64,000 nucleotides of DNA from Eledone cirrhosa (taxonomy: Eukaryota). The stretch's first letter is position 1. Each line of letters begins with the position of its first letter. The position numbers and the translations under genes are program-made. The DNA lies in the NCBI GenBank assembly GCA_964016885.1, contig OZ024743.1:113398001-113462000 (forward strand), given 5' to 3'. The notes below the pieces were generated by a model. That model made no database searches. It saw only the letters and a list, made by a program, of their open reading frames with translations, and was not told the origin of the DNA. This document shows, piece by piece, positions 1-13,265 of this stretch.

Positions 1-495
1 CATATCTTTGATTGCCTTACTTATTATACTACCTTCAACTTGCACTGCTGGTCTCTCTATTGGATCGATTTGGGGCAGACTATCTTTTTCCCATTTATTC
101 TCCTCATTTAGTAGCTTCTCGTAGTGACACTTCCAAGCTACCTTCTTATCAGCATCAGTGATAGCAAGTACACCATCATCGTTACGGACACACTTCTCCC
201 TGACAATATCACGGTTTTCCTTGACACATTGTCTTGCAGTCCTGAACACCTCACGTTTTTGGTCCTTGTGATGTAGAACATGCTTGAACCTTCTTGCAAA
301 GTACACTTGTCTCCTTGCTTCTCTCCCGGCTACTTGATAGTGTTCTCTACTTCCTCCATCCCGCCATACTTTCCAAGCCTGCTTTTTGGTCTTGATTGAC
401 TCCTCCACATTACTATTCCACCACCAAGTTACTCTCCTCCTACCTATAGGTCTGCTCCAGCTGCAGATTTCATCTGTTGCCTTCAGCAGGTTAAC
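1..495 (-). mobile_element. RTE-clade LINE fragment (region between APE and RT)
   Basis: Reverse strand reads ...EVFRTARQCVKENRDIVREKCVRNDDGVLAITDADKKVAWKCHYEKLLNEENKW...KAIKDM, homologous to the RTE copies at 28.5k and 63.3-63.6k; decayed. Confidence 0.85.
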
Positions 496-560
496 TTTCA
501 TATATATACATGGGTTATGGTCCACCTAGTATTATACCACACCCTATCTGATATATATAT

Positions 561-733
561 ATTCAAATAATTTTGAAAATCAAACAATGCATTAGGAAGA
601 ACATTAAATTGCCAAGATAACAAAAGAATCTTACCTTAGAAAATTTAATGATCCCTAAGGTGAGATTCTTTTGTTATCTTGGCAATTTAATGTTCTTCCT
701 AATGCATTGTTTGGTTTTCAAAATTATTTAAAT
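561..733. repeat. Near-perfect long inverted repeat (~78-bp arms, ~14-nt loop) beside a (TA)n tract
   Basis: attcaaataattttgaaaatc...tcttaccttag versus ctaaggtgagattc...ttttcaaaattatttaaat are reverse complements with about 3 mismatches. Confidence 0.9.
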
Positions 734-789
734 TTGTGTTTCTTATTCAACAATGCTTCAAGCAAGTTACAAAACTCTGATATATATAT

Positions 790-1249
790 CATCATCATCA
801 TCATCATCATCAACACCGTTTTACGTCCATTCTTCCACGCTAGCATGGGTTAGACGGGTTGTCCTGTTGTGTGCAGTGTCTGGTCGGCTGACCATGCCTT
901 GCTCATACAGGAACTGATCTGGCTTGATTTCTACAGCTGGATGCCCTTCCTAACACCAACCTCATTTACAGTGAGTGCTGGGTGCTTTTTCGTGGCGCCT
1001 ACACGTCCACTTTACAGTGTGGGCTGGGTGCTTTTTTGCCGTGGCACCTCCACGACCACCTTGCGGTGGGGGGTGTGGGGGCATATTGTTTATATGCTTC
1101 AGCATGTACCCATGGGAGGTCGGGTACTCTGTATTACTGCGTGACGCCAGAAGTCACGGTCGTGTGTCATTGTCTTTGAGCGGTGTAATTGGGTAAGGTC
1201 GGCTTTTATCACCTCATCCCAGGTCATCTTGGGTCTCCCCACTCCGCGG
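790..1249 (-). mobile_element. RTE LINE 3' end (ORF C-terminus, 3' UTR, (GAT)n tail), 5'-truncated
   Basis: [18 protein letters not shown]...DRDFWR on minus strand; tail ...ggacgtaaaacggtgttgatgatg; nearly identical to 30887-31335. Confidence 0.88.
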
Positions 1250-1461
1250 TATATATATATATAATTTAGCGAGAATCGCATTTCGGCGGGTAGAAATTAG
1301 CGAAATGCAACTTCCATATTGTGCTGACAAGCGCTCTATGGATATGAAGAAGATACCAGAGCTATAAACATAAGTTAAAATGGTCATACACGCTGAGACG
1401 ATGGTTAAGAAGCCATTAACCACCATAGCCAAAAAAGCGAACAAGCTAAACGGGTCAAACA

Positions 1462-1497
<36 letters not shown>

Positions 1498-1912
1498 GTT
1501 CATAGAAGACTTTGCCATCATCTTTCAATGTATATGAAACATCTTTTTTCTAATTTATGGTTTAACTCTTCATATTCTGTACTGCATGAAATCACATTTT
1601 CAAGACATTGTTCCAAAATACAAAATAAAATTATGATTGAAACACATTAAAATATAAATTATTGACACAGCAATCTGTCTACTAATAAAGTTACTAGAAA
1701 CATTTGAATTAACAAACCTCATAAAGCCACATTAGCAAGACATTGTTGTAAATTGCAAAGCAGCAATATGTCTACATCAAATTAAAATTTATAGTCTTTA
1801 CTTTAATACTGTAAATTTTCACAACAATCTCTCTTCTAGTAAAAGTACTATAAGTATTTGAATTAACAAATCAGCTTTTAGATTTTTCTTTTCATACTAA
1901 ATCATTACAGGA

Positions 1913-2282
1913 CCACCACCACCACCCTACCACCACCCTACCACCACCACCATCACCACCACCACCACCACCACCACCATCACCATCATCATCAGCAGCA
2001 GCAGCATCACCACCATCATCAGCATCACCACCATCACCACCACCACCACCACCACCACCACCACCATCATCACCACCACCACCATCACCATCATCACCAT
2101 CATCATCATCATCATCATCATCATCACCACCATCACCACCACCGCCATCACCACCACCACCACCACCACCACCACCACCATCACCACCACCAACATCATC
2201 AGCATCACCATCACCAGTGCCATCATCACCACCACCGCCATCATCACCACCGCCGTCATCACCACCACCATCATCATCACCT
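1913..2282. repeat. (CAC/CAT)n trinucleotide microsatellite
   Basis: Directly visible. Confidence 0.95.
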
Positions 2283-3424
2283 GTTCAAGAATGTTAAGAG
2301 TTAATAAGAAGAAATAGACTTATAAAATGCTTATAATATTAATAGTTACTCTAGGACTTGTGAGCTTGATGCACTTTAGGTTTAGCTAGAACATCTGTAT
2401 GTATTATAGATATCTGCTATCTGCAGGGAAAACATGGGTGGTAGGGAATTCCTGAAAATTAACAGTGGGGAGGAAGGATTTAGAGAAAAAGAAGAATGTG
2501 TAGATGTGAGACAGCGGGATGAGAGGAGGTGAGAGATGGGTGAGTAGAGTAGGTTTAAGTGGGAGCTGTATGGGATATAGCTGGTTTAGAGAAGGGAGCA
2601 TGGACTATTGAGTCTGCTAGGATATGTATGTCTTTAAGCTATTAGCTATATAGGCACACTAATAGTAATTAAAACCAGTAGAGAGTCTCAGCTCTCCTGG
2701 AGTTAACCATTATTTCACCCCCACTCTCTCTCTCTCTCACACACACATAAGCACAGAAAAACTCCTCCCTCTTTCTCGCTCTCTCTTTCTCCCTCTGTCT
2801 CTGTCTCTCTCCCTCTCACTCTGTCTCTCCCCCCCCCCTCTCTCTCTCTCTTTCACTCTCTCACACTCACACAGATATACCTTCTTTCTCTCTCCCTTTC
2901 TCACACACACATAAGCACAGAAAATCTCCCCCCCCCCCATCTCTCTCTCTCACACACATAGGCAGAAATTTACTCTTTCTCTCTCTCTCTCTCTCCCTCT
3001 CTTTATCCCTCTCTATCCCTCCCTCTCTCTCTCCATCTCTCTCTCTCACAGAATCACATAGACACAGATATGCATATTCTGGAAGTAATTATGAATTGGA
3101 ACAAGATTATTTTTTGTTTTTGTTTGGTTTTGCTTTAGTTTTTATTCCCTCCTTGAAAACAATAGTTCAAGTGAATAATGTAAAAATATGACAATCATAT
3201 ATTCTTTCCAAAATGTTAAAGGCATGGTTATGTGGGTAAAGTGTTTGCTACATAACAATGTGGTTCCTGGTTTGATTCTACTTTATGGCAATTTGAAAAA
3301 GTGTCTTCCATTATAACTTTGGATTGACCAAAGCCTTGTGAGAGAATTTGTTAGAAACAAATTGTAACTAAGCTCATTGTATGCTAGTCCTTGTGTCACA
3401 ATAAAAAGAAACTGCTAGTATATT

Positions 3425-3960
3425 CTGGAAAGAGGTTGGTGTTATTAAGGGTATCAAATCATGGAAGCCATACTCCCAGTTCATGCTGTAATATAGTTGG
3501 TATTAGGATGGGCATCCAACCACAGAAACCATGCTCCCAATTTATACTGGGAAGTGGTTGGTGTTAAGAAGTGCATCCTGTCATAAAGACCATGCTCCCA
3601 GTACATGCTGTAAAGTGGTTGGTGTTAGGATGGGAATCCAACCAAAAACACCATGCTCCCAGTATATGCTGGGAAGTAGTTGGTCTTAAGGACATCCAGT
3701 CATAGAAACCATGCTTCCAGTTGATGCCATAATATGGTTGGTGTTAGGAAGGACATCCAACCACAAATGCCATGCTCCCTATTTCATGTTGTAAAGTGGT
3801 TGGTGTTAAGAAGGTCATCCAGTCATAGAAATTATGCTCCCAGTCCATGCTGTAAAGTGGTTAGTGTTAGGAAGGTCATCCAGTCGTAGAAATCATGCTC
3901 CCAGTCCACGCTGTGAAGTGGTTGTTGTTAGAAAGGGCAACAGTCATAGAAACCATGACT
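3425..3960 (+). repeat. ~61-bp minisatellite, about 9 units, derived from the RTE/SINE UTR module
   Basis: Unit gtggttggtgttaggaagggcatccagccatagaaaccatgctcccagtccatgctgtaaa recurs at ~61-bp spacing. Confidence 0.88.
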
Positions 3961-4731
3961 CAATCTATAGTTATATATTTATGTATGTTTATGTATATTT
4001 ACCAATATATCTATCTTTGAACAAAAATAAAGCCTAAATCACAAATGCAGTTCAAAAATAGATTGGGTGATATCTAAATAGAACAAAGTCATCGTAATTT
4101 AGTAACAGCTATATGTTTCATAATGATTAAAAAAATGTGGAAGGAAATTATTGTAATTAGTTTAAATAAATGTAAAATTAAATAGAGCAATTGTTTAAGT
4201 GATAGGAGGGAGAAGGTCAAGGAAAAGCGAGAAGGGAAATATTTCTACATAGTGTTGTAATTAAGGATTTATTAAATTAAATATGTTTCACTAATATTCC
4301 TGTCAGTTTTGTTGGGTACTATACTAGTATATATATATGTGAGTGTGTGTGTGTGTATAAGTCACTGTTTATGTCTCTATGTTGATAGCAAACAGAAGAA
4401 AAATCTGTGACATGTTCCTCATGAACAATATGTTCCTGCAGTTTACCATAGTTAAAAACAAATTAGTCTAGTGGTGGAGAGGTAGGTGACATTAGGAAGC
4501 ATCCAACTACAGGAATGGCTGGCTCAAAAACATCTGGCTTTGTATACAATGTGTTAAAGTGATGACAATGATGGTGATGATGACCATAACAAGGACAAAA
4601 ACAACAACAATGACATTGATAAAAACAGTGATGGTAATATCATCAAAAACAATCAGAATGACTACATCGACAACGACAACAATGATATATATATATGTGT
4701 GTGTGTGTGTATATATATACACACACACACA

Positions 4732-4833
4732 CAGGGTGTCCTCCAAAAATGTATACACAAATGCTGTGCATTCTAATAAATATTGCCTGCATAGGTAATC
4801 CAAAGTATGTATACATTTTTTGGAGACACCCTG
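4732..4833. mobile_element. ~100-bp Tc1/mariner-type MITE
   Basis: TIRs cagggtgtcctccaaaaatgtatac / gtatacattttttggagacaccctg; second copy at 37715-37807. Confidence 0.8.
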
Positions 4834-4932
4834 TGTGTGTATGTGTGCGTGCACATACACACACATATATATACATATATATATATATATATTTATATAT
4901 ATCATATATATATATATATACGTCCATTCTTC

Positions 4933-4974
<42 letters not shown>

Positions 4975-6279
4975 TTATTTGAAATAAATATTAGATATAT
5001 TGGTTGCATTGTTGCTTCCAGAGACATTAGAACCAGTTAAAAGAGAATCAATAATAATTTTGCCATTTTTGCTTCTCCCAGCAATTCAGACTTGCAATGA
5101 GAAACATTACTAAAGAGAATCAGGGAAATTAAAGTTGTAAATTCTGCAATTTCAAAAGTAGATTTAATTGAAGAAACATACTGCTGACGTTTCACTTTGT
5201 TTAGCCTATCATCTGAGTAATTAGATAATTAGATTTACGTTGCTGAAAGACAGTAAATTATTGAAGTAAGTAAGTAAAAATCTTTGGTTGCCACCACTGT
5301 TGTGGAATGCATAAAGATGGAAAAAAATTGACTGTGTGTGTCTGTATATTTATGGAGTTTTCTTTTGAAACCTAAATCAATGAATTGATATAGATTTACT
5401 AACATCATCATCATCATCATCATCATCTTCGTTTAACGTCCATTTTCCACGCTAGCATGGGTTAACCTGCTTACTAATACACACATACCTGCAGACTTGC
5501 ATACATGATTGCATACACACATATGTACTTATATACATACATGCATACTTACATGCATGCATACTTACATACATGCATACATACATTCATACATACATAC
5601 ATACGTTCATGATGGCTGCAACTCGATTTCGAATAATGCTATCACTTGATACTTAAGCATGAGCATCACAGACGTAGTTTTTTAGTCCTGCTAGGGACTT
5701 GCCTATAGCCAACAATGCTATGCATTGAAAAAAATGTCACATATCAAGCGATACCTGTACTTGAAGATTTAAGCGAGGAAAGGCTTTGCACGGGGCCAAT
5801 CCCACTCTCTGAACATCGAATACATTTACCCAAAAAGAAGGGCTGGTCTACATTGCATGTTCGGGTCATCAGCGACTAAACCAACAACTCCACCAAGCTC
5901 TCTTGGACACCCTGCTGGACGAAAAACAAAACCCGACAAAGGGCGGAGGAACTCAGGAGGGTCAATGACCATCCGATAAAGTTTTTTTTTTTTTTTCTGT
6001 GGTGTGAGAGACTCCTAATCTTCATTTAAACATCTCTCTAGGAGAAGGTCACTCTGATATAAAACTTGCGACTTCGTTTGCATCCAACACACATGCATAC
6101 ATACACATATATATATATATATATATGCACATACAAACATGCATACATACATCCATACACACACATATACATACACACACACATACACTCATATGTACAT
6201 GTATGCTCACACACAAAAAATTCACTGAGTAGGTTGTACATGAGAACCTGAGATGAAAAGTGCAGAACAAAGAGGGGAA

Positions 6280-7530
6280 TAAATCATACTAAAAGCCTGA
6301 CATGGAGTTCCAAAAAGTTCGTAACATCCCACCTTGAAGGATACCTCCATGCAATTCAGAAAAAAGAAAAAGATCCTTCCAAGTATCTAAAACAAAAATG
6401 TCTGTCTGTCTGTATTCAGGCGATGCATTTCCAGTTTCCATCCAATTTTGTTCAAATTTGATACATAGGTTATTTAGCTCCCAGAGCATGTCAATATATA
6501 GTTTAAATCTTGCTTTCCCCTAAAATAGCAGAGTTCTGGGGCTATTTAAAGATGGCCATGTTGAGAGAGGGGGTCTTTATTTACAGTGGCGAAAGGTGTG
6601 CCTGGCAACAACGGGCTCTTTTGTTAGTTGACAATAGATGTAGGCTGTGCAAAACAAAGTCTGAATATGTTAGCCATATTATTGTCAACTGTTAAAGAAT
6701 GTCTTCTTGTTACTATCTCCCCATGAGATATGATGTGGGAATCAGAACAATCTACTGCACCATAGAAGATGAAAATAATGACAAATAAGGATGAAAATGT
6801 TAAGACTTAAAGGAATATTGCTGAAACTTAAAAATAAAACCCACCATCAAATTAAAGCTATAAAACACACTGAACTCCTGTCATGGAATTTTGAAAAATC
6901 TATAGTATCTCAGCTTGAAGAGTACCTCCATGCAATCCTAGAGCAAGAAACCCCTACCAATATCTATTGCACAACAGAGGAAAGTCATCAGCTGACAATA
7001 AGTGTTGGCCTTGCCAAACAATGACTGACAATGTTAGTTACATTATTACCATCTGTGAGATATGACTTCTTGTTATTATCTCCCCATGAGATATGATGTG
7101 GTAGCCAGAACAATCTGCTGTGCACTATGGAATAACAACAAATAAGCATGAAAATGTTGAGACTGGTGACTCAAAGGAATATTGCTGAAACTTAAAAATA
7201 AAAATCACCACCAAATTAAAGCACAACTGGTCTGATATTGTTGGGACCACAAATTAAAAGCATGTTCTGTTGTTGAAGTCAGCTGCCCACTTGATGCCAA
7301 TGTGGTAAGAAAAATAAGAGAAGGAGGATATCTATGGACCATTGATGAGAAGTTTGCAGATTGAGTGCTCAGAACACACAGTTTCATACCCATTATTGTT
7401 GAAGCTACAGTTTATTTACCAACCTTCCTGAACCCATAATAACTGAACTTGGATTCACGAAGAAAGAATACAGCTCCTTAATTCGTAAGCTACAAATCTT
7501 CATGAGAACTGGAAACTTCAAAATTTGCAA
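6280..7530 (+). mobile_element. Decayed RLE-type (R4/Dong-like) LINE 3' part with internal duplication
   Basis: CRLCKTKSEYVSHIIVNC zinc knuckle, EEYLHAILEQE, and DIVCWDHKLKACSVVEVSCPLDANV endonuclease-like motifs; the ~6700-6870 segment is repeated at ~7065-7230. Confidence 0.7.
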
Positions 7531-8143
7531 AACATGCATAGTGATGTACACTCACACTCTGACACATAGATAGTGGTATACACATACACACACATAATAG
7601 TGATGTAAACACACACACACACACATATATAGGGATGTACACACAAACATATATATAGTGATATGCGCACACACATATATAATGATGTATACTCAAACAC
7701 ACATATATTGGTGCATACACACACATATATGGTGGTGTATAGACACACACATATTGTGATGTATACACATACACACAAATATAGTGACATTTATACACAC
7801 ATATATTGTTCACAATATATTGGGATATATAAACATACATACTGTACACAAAACCATTTGAAAGGTTTTATACATATTCTTATTCTTTCAAAATATTTGT
7901 GGGTTTGATATGATAAATAAGCATGGTCTTCAAATAATGATTTCTAACTTAAGCACAAGGCCAGCAATTTAGAGAAATGGTAAGCCAATTTTATTGACCT
8001 CAGTACATGAATGGTACTTCAACCTTAGAATGATCAAATGCAAAGTTGACCTCAATGAGATTTGAAAGAGCTGGAACAAATACTACCGAGAATTAGTCTA
8101 CCGTTCTATCAACTCTGCCAGTCTATCGTTCACCCGACTAATA

Positions 8144-8672
8144 TTAACTCTTTAGCATTTATATTACTCTATATATACTATTGTATTTTCATGCTATAGG
8201 CTTTATCTTGCATAATTATCTCACATAATATCGAATCTATGAGATTTTGATGTTATTTATTTTGAGAACAGAACTTTAACATCACTATGAGTGGTCAGTT
8301 ATGGCCAATTTCAACAGAGAAAGGTGAGAGAATTCTGGCTAGATATGACCGAGTCAGACGCCATGCTTTGCAGCATAGAGTTACGGCCCTTTACGGTCTG
8401 AGTTCAAATCCCGCTCATGTTAACTTTGTCTTTCATCATTACAGGGTCGATGAAATAAAGCACCAGTAATGCACTGGGATAATTGCTGGCCTTGTGCCAA
8501 AAGTAGAAACAGTTATTATCTCACTTAATATTGAATCTATGAGATTTCGATGTTATTTATTTTGAGAACAAAACCTTAACATCAGTATGAACGGTTGGTT
8601 ACAGCCGGTTTGAATAGAAACAAGTAAGAGAGTTCTGGCCGGATTTGGCCGGTTTAAATGCTAAAGGGTTAA
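8144..8672. mobile_element. piggyBac-type MITE (TTAA ends) interrupted by a SINE
   Basis: ttaa-ctctttagcattt ... aaatgctaaaggg-ttaa; an uninterrupted copy lies at 25174-25401. Confidence 0.75.
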
Positions 8673-8867
8673 ATAAGTGAATAACACACATTTAATATTA
8701 TTTGAGTGAGTCAAGGGTGCTAGATTGTCGGTGGAGCACCAGGCAACATACTTTATGGCGTAGTTACAGCCCTTTATGATATAAGTTCAAATCCCTTTCC
8801 CAAAAATGGTTGGCCTTGTGCCTAAATCAGAAACCATTATCAGTTGGATGAAACCATTGAAAAGTTG

Positions 8868-9061
8868 AGGGCGGTGAATTGGCAGTGTCGGTAGAGGGTC
8901 GGATGCCATGCTTTCTAGCATAGTTACGTCCCTTTACAGTGTGAGTTCAAATCTCGCCGAGGTTAACTTTGCCTTTCATCCTTACGGGGTCGATAAAATA
9001 AAGTACCAGTAATGCACTGGGTAATTGCTGGCCTTGTGCCTAAAGTAGAAACAATTATTAG
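8868..9061 (+). mobile_element. tRNA-derived SINE family A, full-length copy
   Basis: A-box-like tggcagtgtcggt, B-box gagttcaaatc, conserved body gcctttcatccttacggggtcgataaaataaagtaccag, (TTA)n tail; about 20 copies in the window. Confidence 0.88.
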
Positions 9062-9076
9062 TTGGATGAAGACTAT

Positions 9077-9589
9077 ACAGACATGTAGTACATGTACACA
9101 CACACACACACATGTAGTACACATGTACACACACATGTAGTACACATGTAGTGCACATGTACACACACATGTAGTACACATATACACATATGTAGTACAC
9201 ATGTGCACACACATGTACACAAGTGCACACACATGTAGTACACATACATGTAGTACACATACATGTAGTACACATACAGTACATGTACACACAAATGTAG
9301 TATGTATGTACACACACATATATAGAATACATGCATCCAGTTTCTTTTTCTTCAGCTCTCTCTCTCTCTCTTGCTCCCTCTTTGCCTCTCTCTCTCTCTC
9401 TCTCTCTTGCTCCCTCTGCCTCTCTCTCTCTCTCTCTCTCTCTTGCTCCCTCTGCCTCTCTCTCTCTCTCTCTCTCCCTCTGCCTCTCTCTCTCTGCCTC
9501 TCTCTTGCTCCCTCTTTGCCTCTCTCTCTCTCTCTCTCTCTTGCTCCCTCTGCCCCCCCCCTCTCTCTCTCTCTCTCTCTTGCTCCCTC

Positions 9590-9637
<48 letters not shown>

Positions 9638-9669
9638 CCTCTGCCTCTCTCTCTCTCTCTCTCCCTCTG

Positions 9670-9721
<52 letters not shown>

Positions 9722-9786
9722 TCCTCTTCTCCTCTCTCTCTCTTTCTCTACTTCCTCTTCTCTCTCTCTCTCTCTTGCTCCCTCTG

Positions 9787-9850
<64 letters not shown>

Positions 9851-10324
9851 CTCTCCCCTCTCCCCCTCTCCCCTCTCCCCCTCTCTCTCCTCTCTCATAT
9901 TGAAGTTGTATTACTATCTTAGTTATTCCTGAGATTACAAAGTTCAGAGATTTTGAAAATATTGTTGGGCTTGCATTAGATTGTTAAAAATTAAATCTGA
10001 GTTAGCATCACCATCATCATCACCATCATCATCATCATCATCACCATCACCATCATCATCATCATCACCATCACCATCATCATCATCACCATCACCATCA
10101 CCATCATCATCATCATCACCATCACCATCACCATCATCACCATCACCATCATCATCATCATCACCATCACCATCACCATCATCATCACCATCATCATCAC
10201 CATCACCATCATCACCATCACCATCACCATCATCACCATCACCATCACCACCATCACCATCACCATCACCACCATCACCATCATCACCATCACCATCACC
10301 ATCATCACCATCATCATCACCATC

Positions 10325-10356
<32 letters not shown>

Positions 10357-10379
10357 CACCATCATCATCATCACCATCA

Positions 10380-10448
<69 letters not shown>

Positions 10449-10531
10449 GTAGAAACAGTATCAACATCATCACCATCACCATCATCAATTGCAGCAGCAG
10501 AAACAGTATCATCATCATCATCATCATCATC

Positions 10532-10583
<52 letters not shown>

Positions 10584-11195
10584 GTAGAAACAGTATCAAC
10601 ATCATCTTCTTCATCATTAACAACAGCAGCAGAAATGGTATCATTAACATCATCATCATCATCAACAGCAGCAGAAACAGTATCATCATCAGCATCATTA
10701 ACAGTATTATTAGCACCAGCACCAGCAGAAACAGTATCATTATCATCAAGATCAACAGCATCATCATCAGCATCATCATCATCAACAATATTATTAACAG
10801 TATCATCATCATCATCAACAATATTATTAACAGTATCATCATCATCATCAACAATATTATTAACAGTATCATCATCATCATCAACAATATTATTAACAGT
10901 ATCATCAGCATCATCAACAGCAGCCGCCAGGGTTAGTTGGAACTAATGCCATAGAATCTATTATTCAGTATGAGATAATAGGAGAGATAGAGAGGATTGG
11001 AGGGGGTGGGAGATGATAGAGATAGAGAGAGATGATAGGAAAGAGAGAGACATTAAGAAAGTGAAACAGAGATGATGAGGCAGACAGATAGAGATAAGAA
11101 ACAGATAAAGAGATGATAGGAGAGAGAGAGAAATAAGAAATAGATAAAGAGATGATAGGAGAGAGAGAGAAATAAGAAACAGATAAAGAGATGAT

Positions 11196-11262
<67 letters not shown>

Positions 11263-11340
11263 AACAGGAGGAAAAGAGATGATAGAAAAGAGAGAGAGTT
11301 AATAGGAGCAAGAGAAATAGTGGGAGAGACAAAGAGAGAG
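9077..11340. repeat. Simple-repeat block: CACATGTA-type repeat, (CT)n, (CAT/CAA)n, (AG)n
   Basis: Directly visible; explains the ORFs at 8963-11391. Confidence 0.95.
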
Positions 11341-11929
11341 CCAATACAATTGTGTAGAACAATCGGTTATAATAGAGCTGAAGTGTTTTAGACAAAACCT
11401 GAATGTGGTCTTTGATAGAATAATTCAGCCGGTTTAAACAAAGTTAGTCGGATTGTTTCCGTTAAAATGGAGATTATTTAGGAGAGAAAAATAAAACAAG
11501 ATTGATTAGAAATAGAATTGAAGTGGTTTGAACAAAACCCAGTTTCAGTTCTTACAATCAATATGGTTTTGAAAATGATTCCAGTCCAAAAGAACAATGA
11601 GTATTTAAAATAACCCCCGAAAATGTGTGACATGTTAGTTGTTTTATAAAATAGAAGGAAGTTATCAGTGAAATAATGTGTGATATAATAGCAGAGAGCT
11701 GGCATAATTGTTAAAACATCAGCTAGAGTACTATTTGGTATTTATTCTACTTCTCTGTGCTCTCTCAGTTCAAATTCTTCTGAGGTTAATTTTACCTTTC
11801 ATCCTTTCAAGGTTGATAATCAAGTACTGGGGTCAATTCTTCCTTTACATATATTTCTCACTCTCTCTCTCTATCTCTCTCTAAGAAGAAGAAGTATAAT
11901 TAATATATTTTCTCAAGCTCCATTATTAA

Positions 11930-12045
11930 TATATACACTGTTCACTTTCCTGACATTTGTACATTATTCTATGTACTATTCTATGCACCTTTGATGAGTT
12001 GTAGTGTACCTGAGCACTGTACACAATAATTTCATTATTATTATA
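11930..12045 (+). mobile_element. LINE 3'-end fragment (possibly CR1/L2-like) with (TTA)n tail
   Basis: Same sequence occurs in reverse at 33868-33975 and 34232-34430; clade assignment is tentative. Confidence 0.6.
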
Positions 12046-12434
12046 TAAGGATGCACTTATATGTTAGAATCTGAGCATTGTACCGGAGAAGTTACCTTTA
12101 CCCATTCATTTTTCTGACTCAAGTATTTTCAGATTACATTAAAATATTTAAAAACAAAGGGATGGGACATTTCAGTTGAAACACACATATCACGACTATA
12201 TTTTGATATCTAGCGTAAACAAATATTTCTAAAACGCAAAGATTAAACTTATTTTCTGGTTAAAATATAATGTTATAAATATTTACATATTGCTTGTGTA
12301 ACTATTATATACAAGTATATAACGAAGAAATTGACTGTGCTTACACCTAGAGAGGGGATGGGCTTTGCCAGATTTAAAGTGGCCAAGACATGTATGCCAC
12401 TATGGTGCCCCTACAACTCCTGATGGAGTTAGAT

Positions 12435-13265
12435 AGGAGTTCACCAGAGCTCAGTCTTCAGCCCACTCCTGTTTATTATAGTTTTCAAGGCCATAACAGA
12501 GGAGTTTCAGATATGTTATCTTTGGAAACTTCTGTATGCTGACGACCTGGTTCTTATATCCAAATCAGTGGAAGAGCTAGAAGATAAATTCTGGCTTTGG
12601 AAACAGAACTTAGATTTAAAAGGCTTAGAGTATATTTAGAAAAAACACCCAAAGTTTTGGTAAGCAGGAAAAAAAAAGTCAAGGCCCTGATACCATCAGG
12701 AAAGGTACCTTACTTGATATGTAAAAAAGGAGTAGGGAGTAACTATGTGATATGCACAGTGTTTTGTGGGATAGCAGGCAGACTAACATAAAAGGTAAAC
12801 TTTGTATGTGGCAGATGCACAGGGATAGTTAATTGAAAAAGAATGAGTAAAATAAGCATTTTCCTGACCTTAGAAGGCTCCATAGTAGTAGTAGTAGTTG
12901 ATAGCTTCTACTACCTAGGTGAAAGGATTAGTCAGAGAGGAGGTTGCACTGAGAGCATAGTGACTAGAGCAAGAACATGATGGAAAATGTTCAGTGAGCA
13001 TCTACCTCTGTTGACAACGAAAGGTCCCTCTCTACAAAAGAAAGGTTGGATGTATTATGCCTGTGTGTGAAGTGTGATGTTACATGGTAGTGAGAAGTGG
13101 GCAATAAATGCAGAGGATATGTGAAGGCTGGAAATAAACAAAGTAAACATGTTCTGATAGATATGCAATGCTAATGTGTATGAACAGCAAAGCATAGATA
13201 AGCTGCAAGAAAAACCTGGATATAAGAGAAATCAGATGTGTGCTGAAGAGAAGGCTGTGTTGGTA
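12435..13265 (+). mobile_element. Decayed RTE reverse transcriptase fragment
   Basis: SVFSPLLFIIV, LLYADDL, FYYLG and MLHGSE motifs with stops and frameshifts. Confidence 0.85.

Noticed and set aside
5181-5220. Minus-strand minimal hammerhead (CAGATGA...GAAACGTC)
   Set aside because: Core mismatch at U4, no convincing stem II and a mismatched stem I.
8963-10946. Long ER-, SL- and SP-rich ORFs
   Set aside because: Translations of (CT)n and (CAT)n microsatellites.
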